A stretch of DNA of 64,000 nt, taken from Hydrolagus affinis (lineage: Eukaryota). A model generated the notes under the pieces. It saw only the letters and a list, made by a program, of their open reading frames with translations, had not been told where the DNA came from and did no database searches. Of the stretch, positions 38,853 to 53,335 are shown piece after piece. The translations under genes and the position numbers were made by a program. The DNA lies in contig JAAILG010000144.1 of assembly GCA_012026655.1 (NCBI GenBank), positions 62,001 through 126,000 of the forward strand. Reading direction: 5' to 3'. Each line of letters starts with the position of its first letter. Positions within the stretch are counted from its first letter, which is position 1.

Positions 38853-38950
38853 TGATAATAATAATCCTTGCATTTGATATAGCGCTTTTCACGTCTTCTA
38901 GATGTCTCAAAGCGCTTCACAGAATACAGTGTATATTTGTGGATGAAACA
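38853..38950 (-). mobile_element. 5'-truncated SINE copy
   Basis: ATCCTTGCATTTGATATAGCGCTTTTCACGTCTTCTAGATGTCTCAAAGCGC. Confidence 0.9.
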
Positions 38951-40949
38951 CTGAACAATGCAGGGGCTGATAAAGCACAGTGTGACATGGAACAAAGCCA
39001 TGTCCTAATCATCAACAACAACCACCATTTATAGAGTGCCCTTCACGCAGAGTAGCATCTGAGCACTGTATGGTTGGATAATCACAGATTAATCATGGAG
39101 CTAATCACTGATAAGGGAACGCAACGAGTGCTTTGAATCGGTTTGCGATCATAGGGCTGCTAGATTTCTGTCAAGCTCATGCATTCTCACATTTTGAAAA
39201 TGGAAGCAAGTGATCTAAATATATATATATATTTTTAAACTAGGTCAATAACATCACAAATTAAATGATCAGCCTGCGAAATTGAGCTCTTCCACCGAGT
39301 AATAATCTTAAATCCCCAACGAGTGAAAAAAGTACGGATCAAGGATTTCAGAAATAGTGCAGATTCTGTTCATTTCAGCCAATAAAATCAATAGCGTGTA
39401 TGGAAATGGTACAATTTGAAAAATATTCCTTTCCCTCCCCCCCTTCCCCCACATTTCCCTTTGATCTTCCACAGGCAAATTATCTCCTGTTCTCTCAAAT
39501 CTGACTCAGATGCTACCACGGGTTGGGAATTTGGGATGAGAAACGGGATGCCTAAGCAGGTCGTAATCCTCAATAATTCAGAATCTAATATAAAGGACTA
39601 CACCCCAAAAACCCATGTTCAAATATTACAAACGGAATTACTTTACAAAGAAATGCATCTCTTAAGTGAGTCTGTTTATAAGCGCAGAGAAGCTGATGAG
39701 GTCACTAACTCCTACAGTTCCTCCTACCTATTAAGCACTTTTAATGCTGTTTTCTGTCTGACCTTACTTCTCATCCCAGTGAAAACAGCAGTACAAAAGT
39801 GCTTAGGATATATCAGTCAAAGATGGAATTGAGAGTTATAGGGGTGGATATAGAGGAACAAAACCTGCCAAGGTACATGATGGTTGGCGTGCTGTCAAGA
39901 CTACAGAGAGTACATCCGTGGATTGAATCTAGTCAGCTATAAGTGTCTATAGTACGAATGGATTAATGTACTCCAAGTTTTGCCTCATTACCCCTGGAGG
40001 TTGAGAAAAAAATCTATTTTTACAAGGAAGCATCTTACAGTGTCTTCATGTCAATGGTTGGCCATCATCCTGGGAAGAATGAATGGGTTCAGTAAAACCC
40101 ATAGCTTGAGAGATTCTTGTGTGATTTAGGTGAACAGGGTCAATTGACTGAATGGTGTTTTTTTTTAATGAAGTATGTTCTCGTTGTTAATAGACTCACA
40201 ACCCTCTGCTGGTGTCAGCATCTTCTGCAAATACCGTACCATTTCACACTCAGACAACAGTGGAAATCACAATAATGCCCTCATACTTCTTTCTGCAAAA
40301 ACACATTTGAGAATTGAATTGTTCAGCTTTGGCTTGCAGGTTGTCAATACCAGCGTTGAGCATTGAGCAAAGTGACAAGGAGTTTTATTGCTGTGTGTTA
40401 TGTTTTGGAATGAGACCGATCATCATGCTGGTTTCCTAGGACATTGTTTTCACAATTAGTGGGGACCCACATATGAATTCAGTCAAAGAAGTTCTGGGGA
40501 AAAAGCTTAGCTTAATTTATCTATTTTGTTAACACATTCACTTTGCTGTCAACAATATCAGAAAATGAAGGTTGATCACGTTTTTAAAAACATCATATGC
40601 ACTTGAACACAGAATAAAAAAGCCAAATGTTTGCTCAGTAAAGTGAAACAAAGCAAACTCTTCAACCTTCCACCTCCCCTACATTTACATTTGGAATGTA
40701 TGTGTGTGTGAATGTTTATTACCTGATAGTAATAGTGATCAACAATTTTCTACAGTTTCTTAATAGGACCAGCTTATGAAGCAGAGTCCTTCAACTCTGT
40801 GCATTTTTAAGTTTTAAGTCGAGGTCTTTCTGGCCATGAGGGAGTAGAATTTCAGGCCTTACGTGTGGTGAAGATTCTCGATCAATTTTGTTGTAAAGCT
40901 GCCTTTACCCAGTTACATACTTTCACTCGGAACAGTCTGCACACTGGAG

Positions 40950-41050
40950 GCAGCCCACAAATCCACAGTCAATCCACTTCACAGTAAATCTTGTGAAGCA
41001 TTGCGGGATGTCCTGTGGTTTTATACCAAACGCAAGGATTATTATTATCA
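40950..41050 (+). mobile_element. Old SINE 3' fragment
   Basis: CAGTCAATCCACTTCACAGTAAATCTTGTGAAGC...GCAAGGATTATTATTA. Confidence 0.75.
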
Positions 41051-41121
41051 TTGTCATTGTTTGATAGCTTTGGTGGTGGTATTGGGGTTGCTTTAACCTG
41101 CAATGTGAGCATTGGCAGCAT

Positions 41122-41319
41122 TAATAATAATAATACTAATCATCCTTGCATTTGATATAACACTTTCACATCTTCTAGATGTCTCAAAGCGCTTCACAGA
41201 ATATATTGTATTGTGAATTGACTGCATATTTGTGGGTGAAATGCGGCAGCCAATTGCACACAGCAGTATCCCACAAACAGTCGTGGATTGAAATGACCAA
41301 TTTATTATAGGTTTTTTTT
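41122..41319 (-). mobile_element. 5'-truncated SINE copy
   Basis: 3'-half homology. Confidence 0.9.
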
Positions 41320-42455
41320 ACATTACACGGTGAAGGGGAAGATAGTGAGAAAGAGTATGGCTGGAATGATCCATAAGGGCTAGGTTGAGAGTAGCTTTCT
41401 CACTTCCAGAATGTCATTGAAGCAGATGGCTGAAATCTCATCTCACTGAGGCCAGCAGCCACAGCGATTGCTGCATTATCACTATTCATCTGGAAATGAT
41501 GAAAAATTATGAATCAATGAGGATTCGATCAGTCCCTATTACCTTTTGAACATTGACACGAAACCAGCATTACAATCGGTTGATTTGTTGATCACTGTTA
41601 TTATCAGGTAATAAGCATTCACACACACACATCCGAGAGGTGGATTTCATTTTATTTTCACAGTTTCAAGACAGTTGAACCTGAATATTATAATCTAGTT
41701 TTGATATCTTTTTGCGTTGATTGCTGTGCTGCAATGAACTAGCTGTCTGGCCTGTACATAAAATAAATACAGATAAATAAATAATGTTTTGTTCCATTAC
41801 ACGTTGCTTTCGTGCAGTATACACACACAGATATTCATGCTGCATGAATTGCTTGCATATCCTGCCTCCCTCTGGCAGTTTGTGTCTATTGCGCACTCAC
41901 ACACACACAAAAAAAAACTCCACATAGGATGGACTTTAACCATATTGATGTAGTTAGGACAAGTGGCAAGATAGTTTTTATGTCTGCCGTGCTTCAGGTG
42001 TTCAGCAACAGCTCATTCGTGCACTGATCAGTGAATGTTCACAATTACTTGCAATTCTATGCATATAATGCCTGTGGATGTTGACTGACTGACTAACTAA
42101 CTAACCAACTAAAGTGGAATGACTACCAGCTGCCACAATCCCTGGATGCAGGTGGCACAATCCCAAGGGATTTCGATGATCCAAGTGGCACTTCTGTATT
42201 AATCCAGAAAATTACCTGTAAAGGCTGGCAATTGTAACACAGGGTTGTTTTGAGCAGACAAAACCCATTGTTGCTCTGGTGTGTCCTCAGTAATAGATTA
42301 CCCCCCAAATGTTAATCAATATTTAACGGTTTTCCCTCCATGTGAACAGAAAACAGGGGCAGCAAGGTTCACAGGCACTGGCTTAAAGTACACTCTCCGT
42401 CATCAATTGCAGCAACAGCAAAGCTGCAGTACTTACAGATGTAAAGAAACAGGGA

Positions 42456-42745
42456 CAACAACAATAACCCTTGCAATTGATATCACACGTCGAGTGAAAA
42501 TGTCTCAAAGCACTTCCAAGCTTTCTGTTGTGAAACGACTATTTATTGTAGGTGCAACGGCTAATGTGCTCACATGATGTGAATGAATGAACAATCTTAT
42601 CTGGAAGATTATTGGCCAGGGCAACAGGAGAAACTCCCTTCACTTTCCGAGTGGCATCACAGCATTTTCAGTGTCCACAGGAACAGGTTTAATATGTTAT
42701 CTAAAGGATGGCACCTCTCACATAGAGCGTTCCACCAACATTGCA
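42456..42745 (-). mobile_element. Old Deu-domain SINE
   Basis: Tail CCCTTGCAATTGATAT, then TTGGCCAGGGCAACAGGAGAAACTCC...GGTTTAATATGTTATCTAAAGGATGGCACCTC. Confidence 0.7.
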
Positions 42746-43239
42746 TGCCATCTTAGCCAATTGGAACGTGCTCTTTCCCCACACCTCCTTTCAAAGCCCT
42801 CTGTGAAAGAATAGGACAATGAAGTCAAGACAAGAGACCTACCGAACCATCACCTGATCAGCACATCTTCAATACAATTGAAGATACTGTTGAATTTCTG
42901 CACCAGGAATTACTTTTATTCAAAGGCTTCTCTCTCAGACATAAGTATAGTCATGCCATTAGCAGCCCAGGCCTAGATTGCAGCCATGTATCAAATAGCA
43001 CTCAAGGGTGGAAGAAAGTGAGCCATTTGAGATGTCTCAAAGACGCTATATCAAATGCAAGGATTATTATTACTATTATCTATTTGACCGCTTGTAACCT
43101 ATCTTAGAGTAACTGCTCAGACAAATAGAGTCTTTTGGTTAATATTGGCTGAAGTAATGACTGTCAGAACACCACTGGGAAGCGTTTATGAGATCTGATC
43201 TGCCAGTTACTAACTGAAGAAAATGTAGGAGGATTCATT

Positions 43240-43440
43240 CATCGGTAATGATCCATTAATGACAAAGAGTGAAAACTAGGCCTGGAACACAAGAGGGTTT
43301 GTAGTTTGGAAACAAATAGATGACCTGGATTTCGCAGTCTCAAGGGCAATTTAGTTAAATTTGCAGATGACATCAAATTAGAGGGAAGAACTGGAATCAT
43401 GCAAGGCAGCCAAGTTCTTACAAAGAGAGTTCGATAGGGA
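43240..43440 (+). mobile_element. Degenerate CR1 reverse-transcriptase fragment
   Basis: Broken frame resembling DDLD...VKFADDIKLEG, the catalytic [Y/F]ADD region of CR1 RT. Confidence 0.6.
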
Positions 43441-43894
43441 TTTAGCTGAGAGGGTTGAAGTAGCATTATTACATCACTGTGATGGCAATATCAACCCAAT
43501 GGAATTCAGACAACACACATGGAGTTTGCCCTACATCGACAAGAGAACACCTAACCAGATCACTCTCACAAATGTAACAAGCAAAGCTTCCTAAATATTC
43601 AGTCATTTCTGCTATTGCAAACCCAGGCTCAGAAACATCTGAAAACGCACCACAATGTTTTCTGTAGAGTGTAGTGACTGTAGGCAAACACTACAACCGA
43701 TTTGCACACAGCATCGTTGCACACACAGCCATAAAGTACTAGCACACAGATCCAACAGCACTGAAAATTATTGAATACTGCATGAAATATTTGTTCACCT
43801 AGTCCACATCGATCATTATATCATCCAATACAATTCCAGTCAGATAAGCCTAGCTATTTCTTCAAGGGGTTAATTGGTACAGTATCAGTTTATT

Positions 43895-44267
43895 AATAAT
43901 AATAATAATCCTCACTTTTGATATAGAGCCTTATCACTTCTGTGAGGCATCTCAAAGTGCTTCACAGAATATACTGTCCTATAAAGTGAATCAACTGGAT
44001 ATTTTGTGGGCAATCAATTGTACACAGCAGTGTCCCACAAACAGTCATGGATCTTGAGTGATCTAGTTATTATTGTTTTTTTTTGAAGGGACTATAATTT
44101 TATTACCCCTAGAAAAGCAATCCGCCAATCAACTAACAACCTGGTTCCTACTTACAGCTCGATAAAGGATTAGGGAAACTTGCCCATGGTTTTACCCTGC
44201 TCTGGAAACCAACCCAAGTCTACTCGCTTGTGAGGCAAGTGCTCAAACCATTAAGCTACAGGGCTCC
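43895..44267 (-). mobile_element. tRNA-derived SINE, full length, long form
   Basis: Tail to head homology with the extra segment. Confidence 0.92.
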
Positions 44268-47086
44268 TTGCATTCAACACATTGCTCTAGTTTATTATAG
44301 TACTGTACTTACCATTTCCTATATGGAGGAAATTACAGTGGTTCACATAAAGTTTATGTTTTGGAAAAACCTGGACAGATTTAAGAAGTTCTTCAAAGAG
44401 ATTTGGTGTGATAGGTTTAAGCATGCTGGAGAATGAGATTTGTATTGGACAGAACATTAAAATATGTTAAATTACATATATTCACAGAAACTTTATATTG
44501 GAAGAGTTTTGCTGCTCAAAATAGGGTAATAATAATCCTTGGATTGGATAATGCTTGACTACATAGACGAGATGTCTAAAAGTGCTTCCTACATCGATAA
44601 GACGTGGAAAGCACTATATAAATGTAAGGATTATTATTATTAAATAAATTCATATTAAGGATTAACATTACTGTGCATCTGTAGGCAAAAGGATTATTAT
44701 CACAAATGATTAAAACAGAGCACACACATCCAATGGGTTTTATATTTGGTGGATCGCATGTTGTTCAATACCCTTGGTGTTAGTGATTGTCAAGCCAAGT
44801 TAGAAAATCAACATTCTTCTCTATCTCTGACCCGATGAACCACATGTAACCTTTACTCAGAGCTTACTTTGAATTGCTCATTGGGAAATATTGATTCCCT
44901 TCTTCCACAGAAATGTATCTCAGGGCTCCATAGAGCAAGTGGATGATTCAATTCCCTTGTACGAGTTCAGTGGGCTAATGCTGAGTGGCCTCTTTTAACA
45001 CAATGAAGAATATTTCCCAAATTTTGGATCGATCAAAACAAGCCCTGCATAGAACAGCTTTAAACTTGCTAGTTAGGAAGGTAAGAAGTCTTCCAGTTCC
45101 TCTGTTAAGAGCTGTATTCTAGCCTGATAGTTGATACAGGGTAGATTTTAATCAGACAAAGCTGTAGACAAGCAGTCTGTAACCCTACGTTGGTTTCCAT
45201 TGAGCAAACAGAAAACCTGCTGGCTCTGATGCTTGAGATAATGGAGGTGAGTGTTTATTGTAACTGATAGAGGCTGACTCATTATTAATGAGTGTGCCAT
45301 GCACAACAGTAATTATTCATGATTGGGCTGTCTTGAACATAAATTAATCCAATTTCTCTACAGTTCATAGCTCAATACATTAAGGCTCTTTTCTAAACAC
45401 ATAGATTTTAAAAAACACGTTTTCTTTATCTCCGCTAATTCATTTCATCTCAGCAACATGAAATGTTAGCAACCAGAATGGAATTGCCTGCATTTGTAGT
45501 TTTTAAGTCAAAAATACCCATTGCAACACCTTCTCCGATATTCTTTCCAAACCCAACAGAGTGCAACATTCATGTTAGTCAAGAGCATTTGAGTAGTTTC
45601 GAAATATTTTGCTGATGTGCCTTATCATGCAATGGCGGGTGACTATTTATTGAGAATGCTACTGTTTCTAATGCAGGAATTGAGCAAGCGTTAATGATAT
45701 TGCAAAGAACATGATAGCACTGCTAGATTTAAGTGCTCATATTTCTAAATATTTACTTGTTGATGCCATCCGAGGTTTTACTTGGTTAGCAAGTGTAAGT
45801 AGATCACGCATGGGTTTCACTTCCTAGTCGCTTTACGGAAATAATTACTCACCTAAGTTATTGAAATGGTGTGAACCATACCTGCATTATCTAAAGAGCA
45901 CTCAGCTCTGTTTATGGCTAGCAAAGTATCTCTCATCATTGCTTTTGTATAGCCTTCAGCAGTGTGAAGTTCCCTCAGGCCCTGCCCTAAATACACGCAG
46001 TGTTACCAGTACAGTATTGTCTCCAGGTGTCATTGTGTGAAAGATATTTTCTATTACATAAAAATGCTGTAAACGGGAACAGAGAATAAGGGGTGGGGGG
46101 AGTAATTATAATAGAATGTCATAAGTACAATAGGAAAAGCAGTAAAATTGGTCCCATGTGAAGCAAAAAGTGTTTAGAGCCATAAAAGTAGATGGAATAA
46201 AAAGGCTTCAGTTGCATGTAATTAGAATGAGTTTTAGTGATGTACTTCAAGAAGGGCTTCGAGACGTCTCAATGTGTTAAGACTCTACAGCAAATGCAAA
46301 GATCATCATCAACGTTTCCACTCTGAGCAACAAATCCAGAACGATTGTCACGCCTTTCATCTCCAAAAGGTACTGTTATTTCCACTCGATTTTCCCCGCC
46401 AGTGAATCATACCTAGCTGAAGCTTTATGGTCTATCAAGTGCTCCCCAATTATGTGGTTAAGCTAAAAAGAAGTTTGATGCAATTTCACACAGTGAAACA
46501 AACCAAATATTCGCAAGCATTTTAAAGTTCACAAGGAACTAGAAGGGGCGGCTGGTTGCCTGACTGAATTCCCAGAGTTTCCTTCACTCTTAGCCACAGT
46601 CTCACTGACTCCTGTCAGGCATCACATTAACCTCAACAGCAGAGTGCATATAAACCTGAGCTCGCAAGGTTACGTTACAGTGAAAGGGTCAGACTGAAAT
46701 ATCGTTAAGCACAACCGTGAAAGCCGCAGTGGCAAGTTACAGAGGGCAGCGTGGTGAAAGCTAACCAATTTCACTTAACTCTACTTGTCAAAGAAAGATT
46801 GAGGTCAAGTGGTTGGTTTAGCACACGTTAAAACAAAAAGTAGATGAATTTAAGATAGACGTTTCAATAGACAACTAACCAATGGAAGTCCATTCCTACC
46901 TGATTAAATAATAAAAATGGAATGTTTAACATGGCAACAGAATACAGATTTCAGTAATGGAAGCAAAATTAGAATTAGAAACTGATCCCAATTGAACCGA
47001 ATATAGTAACTTGCAAGTGCTATCCTCATGATCAGCACCTTGGGACGTCCTTCCTACGTGAAAGGCGTTCTATAAATGTAATTTTA

Positions 47087-47200
47087 TAATAATTATAATC
47101 CTTGCATTTGATACAACGCTTTTCACATCTTCCAGATGTCTCAAAGTACTTCACAGAATACACTGTAAAGCGAATTGACTGTATATTTGTGGGCGAAACA
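47087..47200 (-). mobile_element. 5'-truncated SINE copy abutting a plus-strand L2-type tail (47038-47086)
   Basis: 3'-end homology. Confidence 0.88.
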
Positions 47201-48471
47201 TTGTTGTTGTTGTAGGAGTGGCAGGAATTTTCGTCAGCCTGAAAAACTTTGTGAGGGGACCATTTCACTACTCTCTGACTTCGACTTTCCATTAGAAAGA
47301 GATGAAAAGAACATCAGCTTCTTTTTCATGAACTTTAGATCGTCGCTTGTGGTGAAAGCCACGCTACTGAACAGCCGAAAAGTAATCAGTCAAGACATAC
47401 AGATCCATCCTCTTGGAACAGATTGTACGTATATTAGAAGTATATCATGCTCATCTTTGATGAGGAGTGGGAGAAGGTTTCGCCTGGATTAATGACAACA
47501 TTCTCGTGGGCAACTTTTATTTTGGCATTGATCATTTAGACTGGCATCAGAAAATGCTTCAACATTTGAAGGTCCAACATAACATTGATCCAATTCACTG
47601 CACAGTCACTCTTTTGATGCACAGATCAATGCCATCCATGGGGAGGCGAGCAGATTGTTTGATATGCAGTGAAGCAGTCGATGGATTAAAAACACCAACA
47701 AAAGTGGAGAAGTTTAATCAAGGACTGGAATAAAATATATTAGGGGTATTACAGCTTCTACTGCAGTGGGCAATATATGGGAGAAGATCTAAAGACAGAA
47801 AAACTCCCAGTGATATTAGACTTGACATTTCAATGTTGATGAAAATCCAACCATTGGTTGATGGGACATCTCAAGGGATTTATTTGTTGGAGACGTTTAA
47901 CCAGTCAATCACAAAATAAATAAAATGAAAGCATTAATGTGCTTAGTAATCCTCAAATTAATTAGCTGATCAGAGCGCAAGAATTTGCACAGCAATACTT
48001 GGAAGGTAATAATCCTAAATATCGAATGCGAGCTTTGTAACGTTAGTATATAATTCATTTGTTAATTGTGAGAAGGAGCCATTCAAAAGAATAGGGCCAC
48101 TGTTAGACCCCATTTAAGCATTGGCAACATACAATATTTAATGGAATTCTTTTGATGTCATGCCATGTTTCATTGACCAGTATCTTATTATGTTTATACC
48201 AAGGGAATGGAATAGCTAATTGAGGCTGAACAGCTGTTCCTCACTAATGCTACCAAAGCACAATGCATCACTTTCTTTGGAGTCGGTCAGGTGTCTGATA
48301 CGTGCAGAGACTCAAGTCCATGCTTAAGTGTATCCAAACCATCAGAGAGTTCCAGCCATCCCACCCTATGAAGGAAATTCCAACACACATCTTTGGACAC
48401 CATAGCACAACTCTACATAGCATTTGAATTGGATTCAATTACAGTATTAGTTTTATGCTGTGGTGTCGTGT

Positions 48472-48770
48472 GGTGTCCTGTCGCTAAAGCACTCGCCTTA
48501 CCAGCGAGGCGCCTGGGTTCGTTTCTCAGCAGGGTGAAACCTCGGGCAAGTTTCCTTAGTCCACACATACCCCCGATAATAACCCCTCAAAAAGAAAAAA
48601 AAATTGGTCACTTCAATCCATGACTGTTTGTGGAGACACTGCTGAGCGCAGTTGGCCGCCGCATTTCACCCACAAATATACAGTCAATTCACTTTACTGT
48701 ATATTCTGTGAAGCGCTTTGAGATATCTAGAAGATGTGAAAAGCGCTATATCAAATGCCATACTTATTAG
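48472..48770 (+). mobile_element. tRNA-derived SINE, full length, short form
   Basis: GGTGTCCTG...GCACTCGCCTTACCAGCGAG...GGGTTCG through GCGCTATATCAAATGC. Confidence 0.92.
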
Positions 48771-49253
48771 TATGTTACTGCTAAAATGTTTAAAACAAAG
48801 GAGGCACGTGTCAAACGACATGTGGTGGCTAGGGAAATTACAATTTTATAATAAGCAGCATTGTTATTGACCTCACAGCAATTTAATTTGGAATAATAAC
48901 CATTGTATTTAATATACACATTAAATAATGTACATTTTCAAGAGAGGAAATGATTCAAATGCATTAGAGAGTAATGGATATCACTGAAATTCATTTAAAA
49001 TTGTGCATCCAGTAAAATCTAAACCATTTAAAACTATAATGTCTCACCACTAGGGGATGGAATATCACACACACAGACTAAAATGCGAGCGAAACTGAGA
49101 GCAAGACTGGATCATAAACATAGATTTAATAAATGCAGCTAATAACTAGGAATGGGTGATAATTGCTGGCTCTGCAAGTGCCACTCATACTAGAAGTTCT
49201 ATGTATTTCTACGTTTACACATGGGAATGCATAAAAAACAGTGCTCCCCCCCC

Positions 49254-49301
49254 CACACACACACACACACGCACGCGCACACACACACACACACACACAC
49301 A
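49254..49301. repeat. (CA)n microsatellite
   Basis: Direct read. Confidence 0.9.
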
Positions 49302-49997
49302 GACCCAGTTACTTTTCAGTTACCCTCAGTGGAAGGCTTTTTAATTTCAAATGTGTCTTTGAGTTTGCATCAGTGAAAAACGCACTGTGACTTCCAAATT
49401 GATTACTGTTGTTAAGAGGTATCACAATCTGGGATACTTCATGGTCCTGTCGATCATGATTCGAGACAAATATCAGTTTGACCATCTAATGGTTCAACTA
49501 TTACACTGTGGGTAATATACTGCAGTAATAAATATCCCAAATACCTCTAAGGCACAGTGCACTGAATGAGCTCAGAATGGCAGTACATCAGAAGCCATGT
49601 CAAAAGTTCACAACCAAAGCAACCATTACATTTAATGGAAATTCTTGATACTGGTGGTGAATCCACCTAGACCATAATTCAAGTAATGCTGGAACTATAA
49701 TGCGAAGCAATGATAGCATTACACGGTGTAGCATGTTAAAAAGGATTTAGAAAAACATAACACATATTATCTTGCGAGATAACTTGATTTGCCCCTTTAT
49801 AATTGCTTTGGGCTGAGTGAGCTCTGATGCTTAACATTATTATGTAAATATAAGAGGTGCACAGTTTCCCATAAAAATCTATCATCTTCCAATCCAGCTG
49901 GATTAGGGACCAGGTCAAACAATATCTTAGATATCTTGGACAAATTCACAGAGTTTGAAGTGTATTAGTTGTGGCATTTAATTACAATGAATAATCA

Positions 49998-50175
49998 TTT
50001 GGTCGCTCCATCCACATCCACTTGTGGGTCACAGCTGGGCGCAGTTGTCTGCCGCATTTCGGCCACGAAGGACACAGTCAACTCATTTTACGGTGTTTCC
50101 TGTAAAGCGCTTTGAGATGGCTCAAAGACGTGGTAAGGAGCCGTGTCAAATGCAAGGATTAGTTTTGTTATTACT
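49998..50175 (+). mobile_element. Old SINE 3' half
   Basis: TTGTGGGTCACAGCTGGGCGCAGTTG...AAAGCGCTTTGAGATG...AAATGCAAGGATTA. Confidence 0.75.
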
Positions 50176-53100
50176 TTGGGATGCTCCAGTGGTTCTGCTG
50201 AATGATACTTGCAGGAGAGGACATTCAGATAAACAACACCATTGGATTAACAGTTGTGTGGGGATGGGCGATCATTCTTCGGTCAACTTCGCCCATACTG
50301 ATTAGATTGCGTGAGTGTGTGTGGGACTATGGATTTATGAGGTACCTGTGTTTTGATCATAGGCAAATACCTCAACTTCAGGTTCCTGTGAAGACTGAAA
50401 CTCCACCCTGAATCATTACTAGCCAATATTCAGGGAGTGACAAGGAAGGTCACCAAATTCAAACCGAGAAAAAGCATACATGTCTGAAGACAATAATTGG
50501 ATGCAAGGATTATTGCTATGATTGTTATATTCAAATGAAAGAAATGATAAAAATTTAATTTTCCTTTGAATTCTATTCTCACCAGCTTCAAAGAAAACAA
50601 ACTGCACAAAACAGATCACGAGAATATGCAGAACCAAAAAGGGCATTGAACTTGGTCACATTTTCAAATATCATCACACGGTATCTCACATGAAAGACAT
50701 GAATAATTTGAATTTCTGCAAAAGGAATTCAGCCCTTAAGTAGTTAAACAAGCAATTAAACATCACTGAGCTTTAGGGAACTCGATTTGACAGGCACCTA
50801 CTTTGAAGCAAGGCTAAAAATAATCTAAAAAAAAAGTATGATGCCTGCCTTTCAACAAAAGTGATCATTGCAAAAAAAAAAAACACACAAAAGTTCTTTT
50901 ACCTGAATAATTGACATGATTTTACTTGTGGCTCGATGATATGAACTATGAAAAAAAAGTGCTAATGGAAATCTAATTGCATTTCATTCCGGGGAAAACA
51001 TGAGCTGGTTACAGCCAGTGGCATTCACAACCGCATCATTTTCATCAACACTCCGAACAGCACCTGCTAGCGGTGGCATTGTCAGGTAGGTTGCCTATGA
51101 ATAGACTGATCCGACTGTGACCCAAACAGCTTCTTCATGGCAAGAACTGTACTGTAACAAGTACTGTAGACACTTCTCCATAATGGGAAGCTGGGGTCGA
51201 GTCGGGCAGTCCAGCAAACTAAGGATTTTTCTGCTAAGTGTAATTACAAATGCTAGGACTGACTATGAATGCCTGCCTCCGCATTCTAAACTCCTCCATT
51301 CTCTCTTCTAGTCCCAACTGACTGGCTATTATTCCATTGTACACAGATTATTAAACAGCTTAAATTGATATTCTTCATGCACAATTGGCTTAATTAGCAA
51401 GTTATTTTAATTCACGCAAGATATTTCATCTTGCACCATGAATTTAATTTAGATGGAATAATGCAATTTGTTTTTTTTCTTTTATTTCTATAAGCCAAGG
51501 TAGGAGTTCAACAAATTGGCCTGGTGTATAAAATGAAATAAGAAATCCAATTAAATACTGTTTTCCCTATCTGTGATTAATGGCTTGTGTGAAACCTGGT
51601 TGGTTTTAACCTTAATGAATTGAACACTGCTGGAAGACCAATGTTGGACTCCATGGAAATAATCGATAAGCATAAGTTTTCCTCAGACTGGGGAACCCAT
51701 CGGGTCTTTTGGTCTCAACAATTCAAATTGTTATGGAATGCATTCTCCTGAAGTCATTTACTGGCCATAATTCTCAATGACACATATACCATTCCTGATA
51801 CTGCCACCGAAAGATCAGATTCCTTCCATCTATGACCACCTGCCTTCAAATAACAAATATTATGGAGCAAGTTGTAATTGTAAATGACTTTATTTTAAAA
51901 AAAATTAACTTCTGTAAGTAATTTGGTAAAACAACAACAACTTCTAATTATATAGCGCCCTCCACACCAGACGGCATCTCAGAGCGTTGGTAACCTGCAT
52001 ACATCTGGCATCAATTGTGTCTTTCATCAAATGTTTCATATTGTTTTAACAATCTTTTCCTTGATGAAAAAACTATTCAGTTCCTCACCACTCATCACCC
52101 ATTGGGTTTCCTCAATCAACCCTGTTGCTTAATTAGCCCTGAACTTTCTCCAATGTATCAATGTACTTTTAAAAGGGTGAATGCACAGCACAGCCTTGCT
52201 CACAATTCTCTGTGCGCACACAGAACACGCGATCACTGTGAAACGCTTTGAGACATACCAAACCTAAGGTGTTTTATTGTTAATAAAGCGTGCCTTCCCC
52301 CACTGAATTTCACCAAGTTAAAATAATTTATTTGAGCCCATAATCAAAGTCTGTCACGATGCAATTCAGGCCTTTACTGACTCTGCTGAGAATGTTGGCG
52401 AGGTAATTTTTACTGCAGGATTGATATTTGCAGTTTCCTTTCCAACCTCAATAATGGGCACGCACTATTGTGTAGGAAAGATTGGTCAGTAATATCAGTT
52501 ATTTTCTGTCCAGTTTTTCTGAATCTATTTGCTTTGAAGTCCCAGTTGTATAAAGGAATGCCCAATAGCTGCATGAAACACAATTACAGGAATACCCAGC
52601 AGGTAGAATTTCTTTCATTGTCCAAGTCTGATTCCCTCTAGCAGAATAAATTCTACGAACTATGACAGCTGGAAACAAATACTTAAATCAGCCTTAACAT
52701 ATAGCAGACAACTATTCCCCTGTCAAATACCATTCCAAGTTTTCAAACCAAGTTTGGTAATTTATTGATTCAGTGACTGCCTGGAGAATTTTTTTTTTAA
52801 GTTTTGCTCTATTACACATTTTGCATATTTTAAGAATAAAAAAACTGAAACTCTATTCCCGTGAGAAGATATTAATTCTCTAGTAAAAATTAATTAGCCA
52901 CTGAGGTTGTTTTAAAAGAAATGAAAATGACAAGTTTTGAAAGCTACGGAGACAGATATGAATGCTGTTGGTACAGAGGATTGGGTAGCGATTATGATCC
53001 GACTGTCTTATCCTCTCACCACTTGGACTGAGTTTCAAAACAAACCTAACAGATGCTATAAGAGTCCAAAGGTAAAACACATAACCACACCAATTTGGCG

Positions 53101-53335
53101 ATTGTTTCCACAGCTATTTTCATGCACCCAGAGACGATCTCCCACTCCTCCCTTGATTGGCATCCATACTGTGAAACCTCCAAGATGCTATCCTACGTCA
53201 AGGATGCTGTATAGATACAAATCTTGTTGTTGATCAACTCTGCAGCTTCAGTTACTGACAAAAAGTCATTAATTGCATCCGACCAAGCTGCAAATGTTGC
53301 ATTTTCAACCCAAATGAGTCGTCACGTCACATTTG

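Noticed and set aside
39416-39832. Longest ORF in the track (138 aa)
   Set aside because: Non-ATG start, no recognisable domain, no clear splice context
47032-47050. REST/RE1-like TCAGCACCTTGGGACG
   Set aside because: Wrong half-site spacing, mismatched right half, and overlaps an L2-type tail
47175-47492. 105-aa ORF with an apparent acceptor TTGTTGTAG
   Set aside because: Starts inside a SINE, the acceptor is a (TTG)n repeat, peptide not recognised
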